Assembly: GCF_001194135.2 (NCBI RefSeq)
Contig: NC_068993.1
Location: forward strand, 13,978,348 to 14,040,645
DNA length: 62,298 nucleotides
DNA from: Octopus bimaculoides
Lineage: Eukaryota
Reading direction: 5' to 3'
Of the stretch, positions 1-11,594 are shown one piece after another. Numbering within the stretch: position 1 is the first letter of the stretch; each line of letters opens with the position of its first letter. A model generated the notes under the pieces. That model saw only the letters and a program-made list of their open reading frames with translations, was not told where the DNA came from and made no database searches. The position numbers were made by a program, and so were the translations under genes.

Positions 1-40
<40 letters not shown>

Positions 41-1019
41 CGTGCATATATTGTATATATATATGTATATATGTGTATACGCGAAGACGTTTGTATATGT
101 ATGAAAGAGAGAGAAAGAGAGAGACTGGGTGAGTGAGATAGTAATGGCGTATATTCATTGTTTTTGCTGTAGGTTTTCAACGCAAAACACATCAGTTACA
201 ATTCCAGTTACTACGCCTCACATTTAACTCTTAACTTGTATGTTGGATTCTGTTTTCTTGCCTCTTTATCGCCTTCTTTCTCTCTCTCACATTTTATCTC
301 TCCCACTCTATATCTCTCTCCGTAACATCCTCTTTTCTCTCCCTAATATTCACTCCCTTCTTCCCTTGTATATCTCCTCATTTTTGTTTTCTTTTTGCGT
401 TCCTCAATTTTAGTTCTCCTACAATCGATGCACGGTTGTAGGCAGTACGGGAAAGCGCACTTGCTCAATGCATTAGCAGTGTTGTGTATACTTACATCAA
501 AGATATTCACCTTTATTGATAAAAACATGGACATCACACTTTGGTATACCGTAGTTTAACACGTCAAAATCATTTCAAATCCATACTAATGTAAATTACC
601 AATGACGTTTTCTAGGTAGTTTCTTTACTTATATGTCTTTTGCATTATTTTATTATCGTGCAGTATTTTTTTTTTCTTTTTACTTCCGTACCTAATGGTT
701 TTCCTGTTAGGTGTGTTTTTATTGTGTGTCATTGTTGCTCTTGTTGATTCCTTGACAAACAAATACCTTATAAATCTTACGATGAGTTAAGGTATTATGA
801 AAAGAAAACGGACTAAAGCAATAACCGCCGCAAATCTACATGCATTTCTTTTACTAAATAGTATTACGACAACTCAACAACAGTCAAACACAACCCTACA
901 CAACTTAAGTGGATATACATTCTGACACGAGTTCACTCGCAAAAATACACACATACACACACGTACATACTTTCACTACATACATACATACATCCGTACG
1001 CACACACACACATAAACAG

Positions 1020-1081
<62 letters not shown>

Positions 1082-1437
1082 CCCTATATATGNNNNNNNN
1101 NNNNNNNNNNNNNNNNNNNNNNNNNNNNNNNNNNNNNNNNNNNNNNNNNNNNNNNNNNNNNNNNNNNNNNNNNNNNNNNNNNNNNNNNNNNNNNNNNNNN
1201 NNNNNNNNNNNNNNNNNNNNNNNNNNNNNNNNNNNNNNNNNNNNNNNNNNNNNNNNNNNNNNNNNNNNNNNNNNNNNNNNNNNNNNNNNNNNNNNNNNNN
1301 NNNNNNNNNNNNNNNNNNNNNNNNNNNNNNNNNNNNNNNNNNNNNNNNNNNNNNNNNNNNNNNNACCTCTCTCAATGTTGCTCTCTGTCTCTGTCTGTAT
1401 GTTTGGTTCTCATGGTCTTTCATTTCCCCTGTTTCTT

Positions 1438-1486
<49 letters not shown>

Positions 1487-2124
1487 TTCTCTCTGTCTCT
1501 CTCTTTTTGAATACGCATACAAAATCGTTCTGAAGTTACTTATTATATAACCGATAAAGAGTGGAGGTGAGAAGGTGCCATAATATGCTTGCGCGTGCGC
1601 GGGTATAAGTGTGTGTATGTGTGTGTGAGAGAGAGAGAGAGTGAGAAGGAAAGAGAGATTCAGAGAGAAAGAGGAGATCGTGATACGTAGAGACATTTTG
1701 AATATAACATTGTTGCTATTGACATTCCTGTACAATGGAATGATATGCCGTTGGCCTTCATGTGATTGTACATTTGTAGTAATTTGATGAGTACAAGAAC
1801 AACCCGTGGATTTAGAAATCGCTCCGTTTCTGTAAGAACTAAAAACATGAATTTGGGAAAGCGAGCAAAATTGCTTCTCATGTTTTATGGACATTAACTC
1901 CTGAGAGTAACGCAGCTGCCATAAAATGTCACTCGGCACAATACTTCTCATGATTAAAGAGATTTTCAAAAAAAAAAAAAAAAAATTCCAGACGTACGTT
2001 AATGAATTTGCCATAGGAATGACGGTTGGTCTTTCTTACGTAGTTCTACGCACCTGTAATCATGTCACTACACGGATCTCACTTTATCTTCCCTTTCTTT
2101 TTAGACTTTATTTTTCTGTGTCAA

Positions 2125-2345
2125 GATATTATACCGCCAAATAACATTGTGATCAGAAATACAGCTAACATATTATGCCATACATTTTATTTTTCTCTGC
2201 TAAGATATTATACCGCCAAATAACGTTGTGATCAGAAATACAACCAACATATTAAGCTATATATTTCATTTCTCACTGTTATGATATCATACCACAAATA
2301 ACGTTGTGATCAGAAATAAAGCAAACATATTAGACTATACATTTT
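2125..2345. repeat. 79-bp tandem repeat, about 3 diverged copies
   Basis: GATAT(T/C)ATACC..AAATAAC(A/G)TTGTGATCAGAAATA recurs at 2125, 2204 and 2283 (period 79). Confidence 0.9.
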
Positions 2346-2743
2346 TTTAACATTTCCTTTCTCTTAAGTATACATATGTTTAAGTTGATTTTATAAAACG
2401 TATACGTACTGTAAGCTAACGAATTTACATACGATGCCTTACTGAAGGTTACTGATATTTAAATGAATGATTCCTAATAAATAATTACATATAACTAACA
2501 CTACTCGTCCTCCTGGAACGTCAACATGCAGACTCAAACTTCACTAAGCACCATTATTCGTAAATTGCGGCAGTGCAAGCGAGATTACTGAATCATTTGG
2601 AGTACTTTAGAAATATATAACTCATATGCTAAAGAATCACGGAAATGCTACAGTTTTCACCGAGGGTAAGGAAATCATACTGTACTGATTGGAAACTCTA
2701 GCAGCTGCCTAAAATCCATGGAGATTACTTAAATATGCTTCCC

Positions 2744-3090
2744 CCACACTGACAAGTTCATGCTTGATATCTAGACCATTCCATCTTCCACATCTAAATA
2801 CCACACTGACAAGTTCATGCTTGATATCTAGACCATTCCATCTCCCACATCTAAATACCACACTGACAAGTTTATGCTTGATATCTAGACCATTCCATCT
2901 TCCACATCTAAATACCACACTGACATGTTTATGCTTGATATCTAGACCATTCCATCTTCCACATCTAAATACCACACTGACATGTTTATGCTTTATATCT
3001 AGACCATTCCATCTTCCACATCTAAATACCACACTGACAAGTTTATGCTTGATATCTAGACCATTCCATCCTCCACTTCTAAATACCACA
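2744..3090. repeat. 57-bp minisatellite, 6 near-identical copies
   Basis: Unit CCACACTGACAAGTTCATGCTTGATATCTAGACCATTCCATCTTCCACATCTAAATA starts at 2744, 2801, 2858, 2915, 2972, 3029, with a partial copy at 3086. It explains the 19-aa periodic ORFs on both strands. Confidence 0.97.
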
Positions 3091-4022
3091 TCGACCGATT
3101 TAGATTACCATTCTCTCCCATAGTCCACTATTTAATCTAGTTTTCATTTGTAACACGCTTAAAATATGGCTTTATAGACATACTCGCTATTGGATGTGCA
3201 TACGCATATTTTTCTATATTTCTGTTTGTATATTCATATATGAACATATATATGTATACAAACATACATACACACACGCATAAACACACACACACACACA
3301 CATACACACACACACACACACACATTTGCGTAAGTGGAAATGTGCATGTTTATGTTCATATTCCTCTGCGAGAATGCGCATTTCTGTGCCACATACTTTG
3401 TGTGTTTAGAAACATGCACTGATTTGCTATTTAAATAAGAATAACAACAAAAACGAAGAAAACCAGAGAAATCGAAACAAGTAAACATAAAGAACATTCG
3501 TTGTGAACAACAAGTAAAATGGAGAAAATTAAAACAAATAAAGATTCCTGAACGAATTTCAGATATACGAAAAAGTAACACAGAAATATATGCATAATAA
3601 CTAAAAAAAATATATGTAGAGGTAAATTATATGCAATCAGTGTTGACCTAAAAGACTCGCATTTATTAACGGATATAACTGAAAGCATGTAATGCACCCA
3701 CTTTACATAGGAAAAAATAAATTACCTTTTACATACAATCAATGTATTTTCATTTCTTTCATTCTTATTGCTCTTACCATTGATCAGCTGTGTTTATATT
3801 CTGTTCCTTCGATTTATGCACACATACAAATATACATACATACATACATGCATACATACACGCACACACATATATATGTTGTTTTTTCTATTCTTATTCG
3901 AAAACATCTTAATGCGCGCCTCGGAACGACCACCAAATTAAAGCAATAAACAACAATAACATTACACAAACAAACCCACGATTTCACAAACAAATACTTC
4001 TACACACGCAATCATGGCAAGA

Positions 4023-4067
<45 letters not shown>

Positions 4068-5518
4068 CATACATATATATATATATACATACATATACAT
4101 ATATATACATACATACGTACATATGTATATATATATATATATTTACCGATGAATATACTTATGCATACACGTATATATATATACATTTGTATATATATAT
4201 ATATAAATATATGTATATCTGCTTGTGTGCGTATGCACATACACACACACATGGGTATGTATGTATGCATGTATTTCTCTATATACTTTCAAGCAGTCAC
4301 GTGAGGGACTACAGGTAATGCAACATGTTGGTAGTGAAGGATGTTTGTTAAAATCCTTTACACACCTTTCAACAAAGGTGCTGCTACAATGTGGTCGATA
4401 GAAATACAATAATTGAGATCAGAGGCTTGACCTCGATAACTATGAAATAACAGATTCTACTAAAAAGAATCAAGCACACTGCTGCGGTATTAAATCAGGC
4501 GGCGGACTGAATGTGCCATCCAAGTACACGAATTCAAAATGATGCCGATAGAAATACATTCCTGATCCCTAACAATTCTCCTAGACTACAGGCCTAAACT
4601 GATAATTTATGTATGGAATCTAGAATGAGAAAATGTGTAGTTGATCTCGGCTTGAGAAGCAATATATATACTACAAGGTATTTAGATATTCTAACGACAA
4701 TTCCAATTTTAATGCCTATATTTTTGTTGTAAGATTTAAGAACAAACATACCTGCTACTCAATATTTTTGTCATGTTATACTTATATTTATTCCTGGGTG
4801 TATGATAATGTTTTTTTTTTTTTTTGCGTTTCAGGGTTTTCTGAATGTAAAAGAAATACACATTAACTCGTACAAAGTGTTCTCTGCTCCTCCCCGTGTT
4901 AACCTATTGAATTTAATCTGTAATGACCTTTATGACCATAAACGTTTCTGATCCTCAGTTACTTCTGCTATATGAGGGATTCTCTGCTCCTTTGTGCTGT
5001 TCATTACTCTCTTTAAAGAAAATTTCCCTTTCTAAGCTACATAATAGATACATACAAAATATTCCTTTTACTCGTTTGCCAGATGTAACAACACAGAGTT
5101 CGTGCATGATAAGTAAATGTAATACTGAGTTTTCCAGAAGGTATTTCAATACACAGGAGTTGAATTAATAACATATAGCGCGGTGGGTGGCAGATAACAT
5201 AATCATTTTCTCAGGAAGTTTTTATTTCGGATATGCTGCGAATTTTATCTAAAATAAGCACTAAAGTTGACTGTCGTCACGGGTCAACATGCACAATATA
5301 CTAATAGAAAGAAGATATATTTTGAAACAATTGCACTGAAATGTCACTGCTAATCTTCTCTTTTGGGTTTAAGATGGTAAGTCACGAAAAGCTATTTTAT
5401 ACTTTTGAAGACACTAGAACGTAAATGTTTGCTGCCGAAATACGATGATATATCTTTCGTACGTTCAATTAAGTCTGACTTTATTTACCCTGTATGGTGT
5501 TTCCCTGCTATACATACA

Positions 5519-5551
<33 letters not shown>

Positions 5552-5587
5552 GTATGTGTATGTGTATGTGCGTGTAAGGTTCTGTTA

Positions 5588-5699
5588 TTCTTTTACTTGT
5601 TTCAGTCATTTGACTGTGGTCACACTGGGGTACAGACTTAAAGTGTTTTAGACGGAAAAATCGTCCCTCAATACTACTTATTGTTTGTAAGCTTAGACA
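5588..5699 (-). mobile_element. SINE family A, 3' tail fragment
   Basis: TTTTACTTGTTTCAGTCATTTGACTG is the reverse complement of the CAAATGACTGAAACAA...AAAAG tail seen at about 8342-8383 and 60480-60505. Confidence 0.7.
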
Positions 5700-6043
5700 G
5701 GTATTTGTCCTCATCTTGTTTGTTGCTATACCCTCCAGCCTTCTTCAAGTGTCTTGGGGAAACTTTGAACCTCGGTTCTCATTCCCAAGGTATTTTTCGA
5801 TGTTATTATTTTTGAGGTCACTGCTTGGAATCAAACTCGGAATATTGGGGTTAGTAGTCCGCAGTCTTAACCACTGTGCCATATGCCCGTGGGCAATTAT
5901 GGAGTGAATTTTAGGGTTTATAAATCTAAGATTTTTCTATCCTTCCTTAAAACCGGTTTCCATATGCTGTTCATATATGCACTCGGTCTGCTTAGGAGGT
6001 TGTTGTGTCCTACCATATGTGCTGCTTCTTTTAGCTTTCGTAT
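5700..6043 (-). mobile_element. Penelope-like element 3' end (GIY-YIG C-terminus plus 3' UTR), left arm of inverted pair
   Basis: Minus strand reads RKLKEAAHMVGHNNLLSRPSAYMNSIWKPVLRKDRKILDL*, the reverse complement of the 6111-6327 arm, and continues into further 3' sequence. Confidence 0.75.
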
Positions 6044-6060
6044 GTTTAGTTTGGGATGAA

Positions 6061-6327
6061 GTTTAGTTTGGGATGAAGTTAAAATAATAGACAAAGAACA
6101 CCACTGGAAAATACGAAAACTAAAAGAAGCAGCACATATGCTAGGACGCAACAATCTCCTAAGCAGACCGAGTGCAGATATGAGCAGCATATGGGAACCG
6201 GTATTAAGGAAGGATAGAAAAATATTAGATTTATAAACCCTAAAATTCAGTCCATAATTATCCATGGGCATATGGCGTAGTGGTTAAAAGCGCAGGCTTG
6301 TAACCCCATAATTCCAAGTTCGATTTC
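6061..6327 (+). mobile_element. Penelope-like element 3' end (GIY-YIG C-terminus plus 3' UTR), right arm of inverted pair
   Basis: Plus strand reads WDEVKIIDKEHHWKIRKLKEAAHMLGRNNLLSRPSADMSSIWEPVL, matching the WDxVKIxDxExxWxxRKxKEA...LxR...IWxPxL pattern typical of PLE GIY-YIG endonuclease C-termini. Confidence 0.78.
6266..6327 (+). other. tRNA-like (Pol III box A/box B) module inside the PLE 3' region; not a functional tRNA
   Basis: GGGCATATGGCGTAGTGGTTAA (box A-like) ... AAGTTCGATTTC (box B-like). Mirrored at 5827-5888 on the minus strand. No intact acceptor stem or CCA-proximal sequence. Confidence 0.65.
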
Positions 6328-6590
6328 TCTAGTAGAAAACACTAATGCATATTCACTATCATAACATTCATTTTTGCCCTATAGACTGAAAAATATCATT
6401 TTTAATGCTCACTGAAATCTCTAATTTACTTGCAAGTATTATCACAATCATGCATAGCAAGTTTCTTTTTCTGTTCAGATGGAAATTTGTTTTCATAAGG
6501 TTCATCCTAGCATTTAGGATAGATTCTGCAACCCTCATCTGTATACATACAATTCACATGCAAAATAAGCGTTCACTGTAAAAAGTACAC

Positions 6591-6700
6591 ATGTTTTCGA
6601 TCCGATCTAGTTTGGATTCTTTGCCATCAAATTTGAATTCTTTGCCATCAAATTTGAATTCAAATTTGATGGCAGAGAATCCAAACTACATCGAACACAT
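6591..6700. repeat. Near-perfect palindrome with an internal 21-bp duplication (MITE-like/foldback)
   Basis: TAGTTTGGATTCTTTGCCATCAAATTT-GAATTC-AAATTTGATGGCAGAGAATCCAAACTA (1 mismatch); TTTGCCATCAAATTTGAATTC duplicated at 6620-6640 and 6641-6661. Confidence 0.9.
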
Positions 6701-6927
6701 CTATATAAAAGTTTCAGAAAAATGCGAATGTCATGGTATTTGTCTTTCCTTCCACAAAAGATCATTGAGAACGCATTCCAATATACAGATAGTATCTTTG
6801 TTGTTTATCAAACCACATTCGTTTAAATAAGTATACCAACAATATAAAAGAATCTACGTATCGAGCTTCATGATATAGTTGAAATATTAGGCTTTAGGCT
6901 TATGCAAGATACCAATATTGTATTTTA

Positions 6928-6990
6928 GTTTACTCTTTCATTATTTGATACTTTCAATCATTGAACTGCGGCTATGCTGGAGTAAGTTGT
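6928..6990 (-). mobile_element. SINE family A tail relic
   Basis: TTTACTCTTTC...TTTCAATCATTGAACTGCGGCTATGCTGGAG resembles the other reverse tail copies. Confidence 0.5.
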
Positions 6991-7737
6991 TAAGTATTAA
7001 TATCCATCTAGCCATACTGTCATTCATTCATATATACATACATATATATATACATACATGCATTCATATTTATGTATATAGGCAATAGCAAAAATTTATA
7101 ACAACAACAATATAATTACATGAATGCAGAAACAAGAAAACAATATGGTCAATGATATTGTAGGAGAATCGAAAATCATAATAAAAGTGTTTTTGGTTTG
7201 GCATCATTTCCAATGCAATGCTACAGGCAAGAAAAACAGAAAGACAGAAAATATTGAAAGAGAACTAACATATTGAATGTATTTGTATTTCATTTTTATG
7301 AGTGTATCTACGTGTGTGTATATACATATACACTCCCATTAATATATGTATGTCTTTGTGTATGCGTAGGTATATATACATAGATGTGCGCAAACATTTT
7401 ATGTGCACATATCTGTTTGAATGATTCTATGTGTATTTGGATATATGCATAGTCATCGGAGACATATATCTATGTGCGTGTACATGTGTGTATATAATTA
7501 TGTACATATATATGTATGTAGGAAAGTATGTATGTATAGTGGAGTTGCAGTTCTTGGAGAGTAGTTGATTATTGATAAACACTGAAGAATGTACAGAATA
7601 CGAAATAGGCTATATTCCTAGAAGTTTATATCTGGCTGCCGCAATCTCTAGAAATGTTGTTTATATGCAAGCACACACATACATCCACGATGTAAGCAAT
7701 ACTGAATATAAAATATTTCAATCTGCACCATCACTCA

Positions 7738-7960
7738 TACCTACCTACCTACCTACCTACCAATATACCTACCTACCTACCTACCTACTTACCTACCTAC
7801 CTACCTACCTACCTACCTACCTACCTACCTACCTACCTACCTGCCTGCCTACCTACCTACCTACCAACCAACCTACATACATNNNNNNNNNNCCTACCTA
7901 CCTACCTACCTACCTACCTACCTACCTACCTACCTGCCTACCTACCTACCAACCAACCTA
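7738..7960. repeat. (TACC)n tetranucleotide microsatellite with a small gap
   Basis: Direct inspection; source of the PTYL-repeat ORF. Confidence 0.95.
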
Positions 7961-8066
7961 CATACATACACACACACATACATACCTCCATACCTACCTA
8001 CATACATACATACCTAACTCCATAAATTCATACACACACACACACACACACATGTATTTGTGTGCA

Positions 8067-8383
8067 TTCAGTCCCACTGCATTGCAACTTGGGCAGGTGT
8101 CTTCTACGATAGCCTCCGACCGAAGCCTTGTGAGTGGATTTGATAGACGGAAACTGAAAGAAGACCTTCGAATATATATGCATATGTGTATGTATTTGTG
8201 TGTATGTGTTTATCACCCCACCACCATCTCTTCAAAACTGATGTTGGTGTGTCTATGTCTCCGTAACTTACCGGTTCTGCAAAACAGACCGATAGAATAA
8301 GTACTAGGCTTACAAAGAATAAGTCCCGAGATCGATTTGTTCAAATGACTGAAACAAATAGATAGATAAAAGAATTAAAGAAT
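8067..8383 (+). mobile_element. SINE family A, 5'-truncated, with body, internal TA/TG microsatellite and 3' half
   Basis: TTCAGTCCCACTGC..GGGCAGGTGTCTTCTAC..GCCTTGTGAGTGGATTTGATAGACGGAAACTGAAAGAAG matches 10879-10985, followed by simple repeat and the conserved tail. Confidence 0.85.
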
Positions 8384-10101
8384 ATACATACGGAAATATA
8401 CATACATACATATATATNNNNNNNNNNNNNNNNNNNNNNNNNNNNNNNNNNNNNNNNNNNNNNNNNNNNNNNNNNNNNNNNNNNNNNNNNNNNNNNNNNN
8501 NNNNNNNNNNNNNNNNNNNNNNNNNNNNNNNNNNNNNNNNNNNNNNNNNNNNNNNNNNNNNNNNNNNNNNNNNNNNNNNNNNNNNNNNNNNNNNNNNNNN
8601 NNNNNNNNNNNNNNNNNNNNNNNNNNNNNNNNNNNNNNNNNNNNNNNNNNNNNNNNNNNNNNNNNNNNNNNNNNNNNNNNNNNNNNNNNNNNNNNNNNNN
8701 NNNNNNNNNNNNNNNNNNNNNNNNNNNNNNNNNNNNNNNNNNNNNNNNNNNNNNNNNNNNNNNNNNNNNNNNNNNNNNNNNNNNNNNNNNNNNNNNNNNN
8801 NNNNNNNNNNNNNNNNNNNNNNNNNNNNNNNNNNNNNNNNNNNNNNNNNNNNNNNNNNNNNNNNNNNNNNNNNNNNNNNNNNNNNNNNNNNNNNNNNNNN
8901 NNNNNNNNNNNNNNNNNNNNNNNNNNNNNNNNNNNNNNNNNNNNNNNNNNNNNNNNNNNNNNNNNNNNNNNNNNNNNNNNNNNNNNNNNNNNNNNNNNNN
9001 NNNNNNNNNNNNNNNNNNNNNNNNNNNNNNNNNNNNNNNNNNNNNNNNNNNNNNNNNNNNNNNNNNNNNNNNNNNNNNNNNNNNNNNNNNNNNNNNNNNN
9101 NNNNNNNNNNNNNNNNNNNNNNNNNNNNNNNNNNNNNNNNNNNNNNNNNNNNNNNNNNNNNNNNNNNNNNNNNNNNNNNNNNNNNNNNNNNNNNNNNNNN
9201 NNNNNNNNATATACACCCACATAAATATGTATATATTTATTTACGCACACATAAGGACATGCAGAGCGCACGCACACACACATATATTTGTCTTTACATA
9301 CATAGATATATACGTGTATGTATATGTATATTCATATTTGTATATATGTACCTATATTAATGTGGATTGTGTGTATGTGCGTTCTCCAATGTGTTCATGT
9401 ATAAGTTTTGTATACGTCTATATTAATATGTACACTGAAACGAAGAACATAAACGATATAGGTATATAGCTTACAGCGTCGAAAATATTATTTGTTTAGT
9501 TGAAACATGTGAATAAATTTGCACAAAGAGTGTTTAGCCTACGGCTGTTTAGTTGGAACCCTTATGTTCAACGATAGCTTGAGCCAAATATTGCGTTTCA
9601 TAGGACATCAAAGGAATATTATTATCTCGATATCTTTGCCAGCAGCGAACGAAGAAAACTTGCTTCGATCCAAAACAGCAGCAGGGTGATCATTTTATTT
9701 TTCAGTTTAGCAATCATAACGTGACTTCTTAAACACCCGGCGATGCAGCTAAGAAGAAGCATAACAATTTTGCCTGTATTTCAACGAATATTAAATGTGA
9801 ATTCCCTATATATATATGTATATATATNNNNNNNNNNNNNNNNNNNNNNNNNNNNNNNNNNNNNNNNNNNNNNNNNNNNNNNNNNNNNNNNNNNNNNNNN
9901 NNNNNNNNNNNNNNNNNNNNNNNNNNNNNNNNNNNNNNNNNNNNNNNNNNNNNNNNNNNNNNNNNNNNNNNNNNNNNNNNNNNNNNNNNNNNNNNNNNNN
10001 NNNNNNNNNNNNNNNNNNNNNNNNNNNNNNNNNNNNNNNNNNNNNNNNNNNNNNNNNNNNTATATATATATATACATGTATGTATGTACATGTACATGTA
10101 A

Positions 10102-10134
<33 letters not shown>

Positions 10135-10299
10135 CGCACATTCATACACAAAAATGTCTGCTATTGTTCTGTTCATAAACCAGCGCGCATGAATATCTCT
10201 ATGATTCTATGTATGTATATATGTATGTATGTATGCATGCATGTATGTATGTATGTATGTATATATGTATGTATGTACGTATTATATGCATGCATATAA

Positions 10300-10440
10300 G
10301 TACATCGCACAACATGAGAGTGAGTTCGATTCCTGGACCTTGCTGTGCGTTGTGTTCTTGAGCAAGTCACTTTATTTCACTTTACCTCACTTTACTCAGC
10401 TGTATAAACTGGTTGCGATGTCACTGAAAGCTGCATCGAT
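10300..10440 (+). mobile_element. SINE family C fragment
   Basis: GAGTTCGATTCC (box B), then GTTGTGTTCTTGAGCAAGTCACTTTATTTCAC...ACTCAGCTGTA, homologous to 21770-21860. Confidence 0.8.
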
Positions 10441-10828
10441 CTGTGCATGTGTTCGTCTTTGTATGCATCTATATATGATTTATATATACTGGTTATATAC
10501 CTCTAAGGAATCCCAGATATCAAGGTTTCGAGTTTTTTACCCTTGTCAGTGGGATGTAGCTAAGTGAGACGGCCCTGAACAAGCTTTTAGAGCAAAAGCT
10601 TCATTTAAACTTCAGTCCACAACACTGACTGATTTGCGCTGGTAGATTGCCCGATCGAGTAACATAACGAATTATTTGCGCCATGCAGTGTTTCCGCATA
10701 AGCAAAATTTAGGTTAGTTGAAATATATTTGTGACATATACCAACTACTAAAAGGCAAATTCACTGCGGTTATCATAGAGAAAATATCTTCCTTATAGAA
10801 AAAATGTGTGAAAAGCCGTTAGTTTATT

Positions 10829-10990
10829 GAGGAGTGGCTGTGTGGTAAGTACCTTGCTTACCAATCACATGGTTCCGGGTTCAGTCCCACCTTTGTGGCA
10901 CCTTTGTCAAGTGTCTTCTACTATAGCCTCGGGACGACCAAAGCCTTGTGAGTGGATTTGATAGACGGAAACTGAAAGAATCCCGTCGTA
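10829..10990 (+). mobile_element. SINE family A, 5' half with tRNA-derived head
   Basis: GAGGAGTGGCTGTGTGGTAAG (box A) ... CCGGGTTCAGTCCC (box B) ... GAAACTGAAAGAATCCCGTCG, then (TA)n. Confidence 0.88.
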
Positions 10991-10992
10991 TA

Positions 10993-11061
<69 letters not shown>

Positions 11062-11289
11062 ATATATATATGTGTGTGTGTGTGTATGTATGTATATATA
11101 CATACACACACAAACACATATATGTGTATTTATATGAATACAAACATGCACTCACACAAGGCACACTGATATACATACATGCATATATGCATACATACAT
11201 ACACGAATACATACATACGTATATACATACATACATATATGTATATACAAGAATAATAAATGTATCTCATTGTAGAAGTTGCATGGCAA

Positions 11290-11480
11290 ACAAGTGCGTT
11301 CTTATACTCCAGGGATTCCCTATGGAGCCCATTGTCTGAAACCACAAGTTATCAACTTAAAAATACGGTCTTCATTATTCCAACAAGTTTCTGAATTACT
11401 GATTATTGCTGAAGAAAAACAATAATGGTGACTTCAATATGCCTCGAAACCTAACAAAAATAAAGTCAACGAGAACGTTC
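11290..11480 (+). mobile_element. Possible PLE terminal fragment with a decayed hammerhead-like motif
   Basis: CTGAAGA (11409-11415) ... TATGCCT-CGAAAC (to 11450), the core spacing of PLE-associated minimal hammerheads; stem II is not intact. Confidence 0.35.
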
Positions 11481-11561
11481 GACGCTGTACACTAAATTCT
11501 TAAACAAATAATAGGTACGTTTTCAGAGATTAAGAGCAAGCAAGCATGAAGCAGCCATCTG

Positions 11562-11594
<33 letters not shown>

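Noticed and set aside
2709-3123. Repeat-protein ORFs with a 19-aa period, and CRISPR-like appearance
   Set aside because: A pure tandem 57-bp repeat with no unique spacers and no cas genes, in a eukaryotic context.
4300-4560. Minus-strand YLDGTFSPPP resembling the MULE transposase DGTF motif
   Set aside because: Only a short motif in a stop-interrupted frame, with no further MULE residues; could be chance.
6266-6327. Apparent tRNA gene (likewise the heads at 10829, 21714 and 56434)
   Set aside because: Box A/B are present but there is no complete cloverleaf, and each continues into repeat-family bodies; these are SINE/PLE-associated heads.
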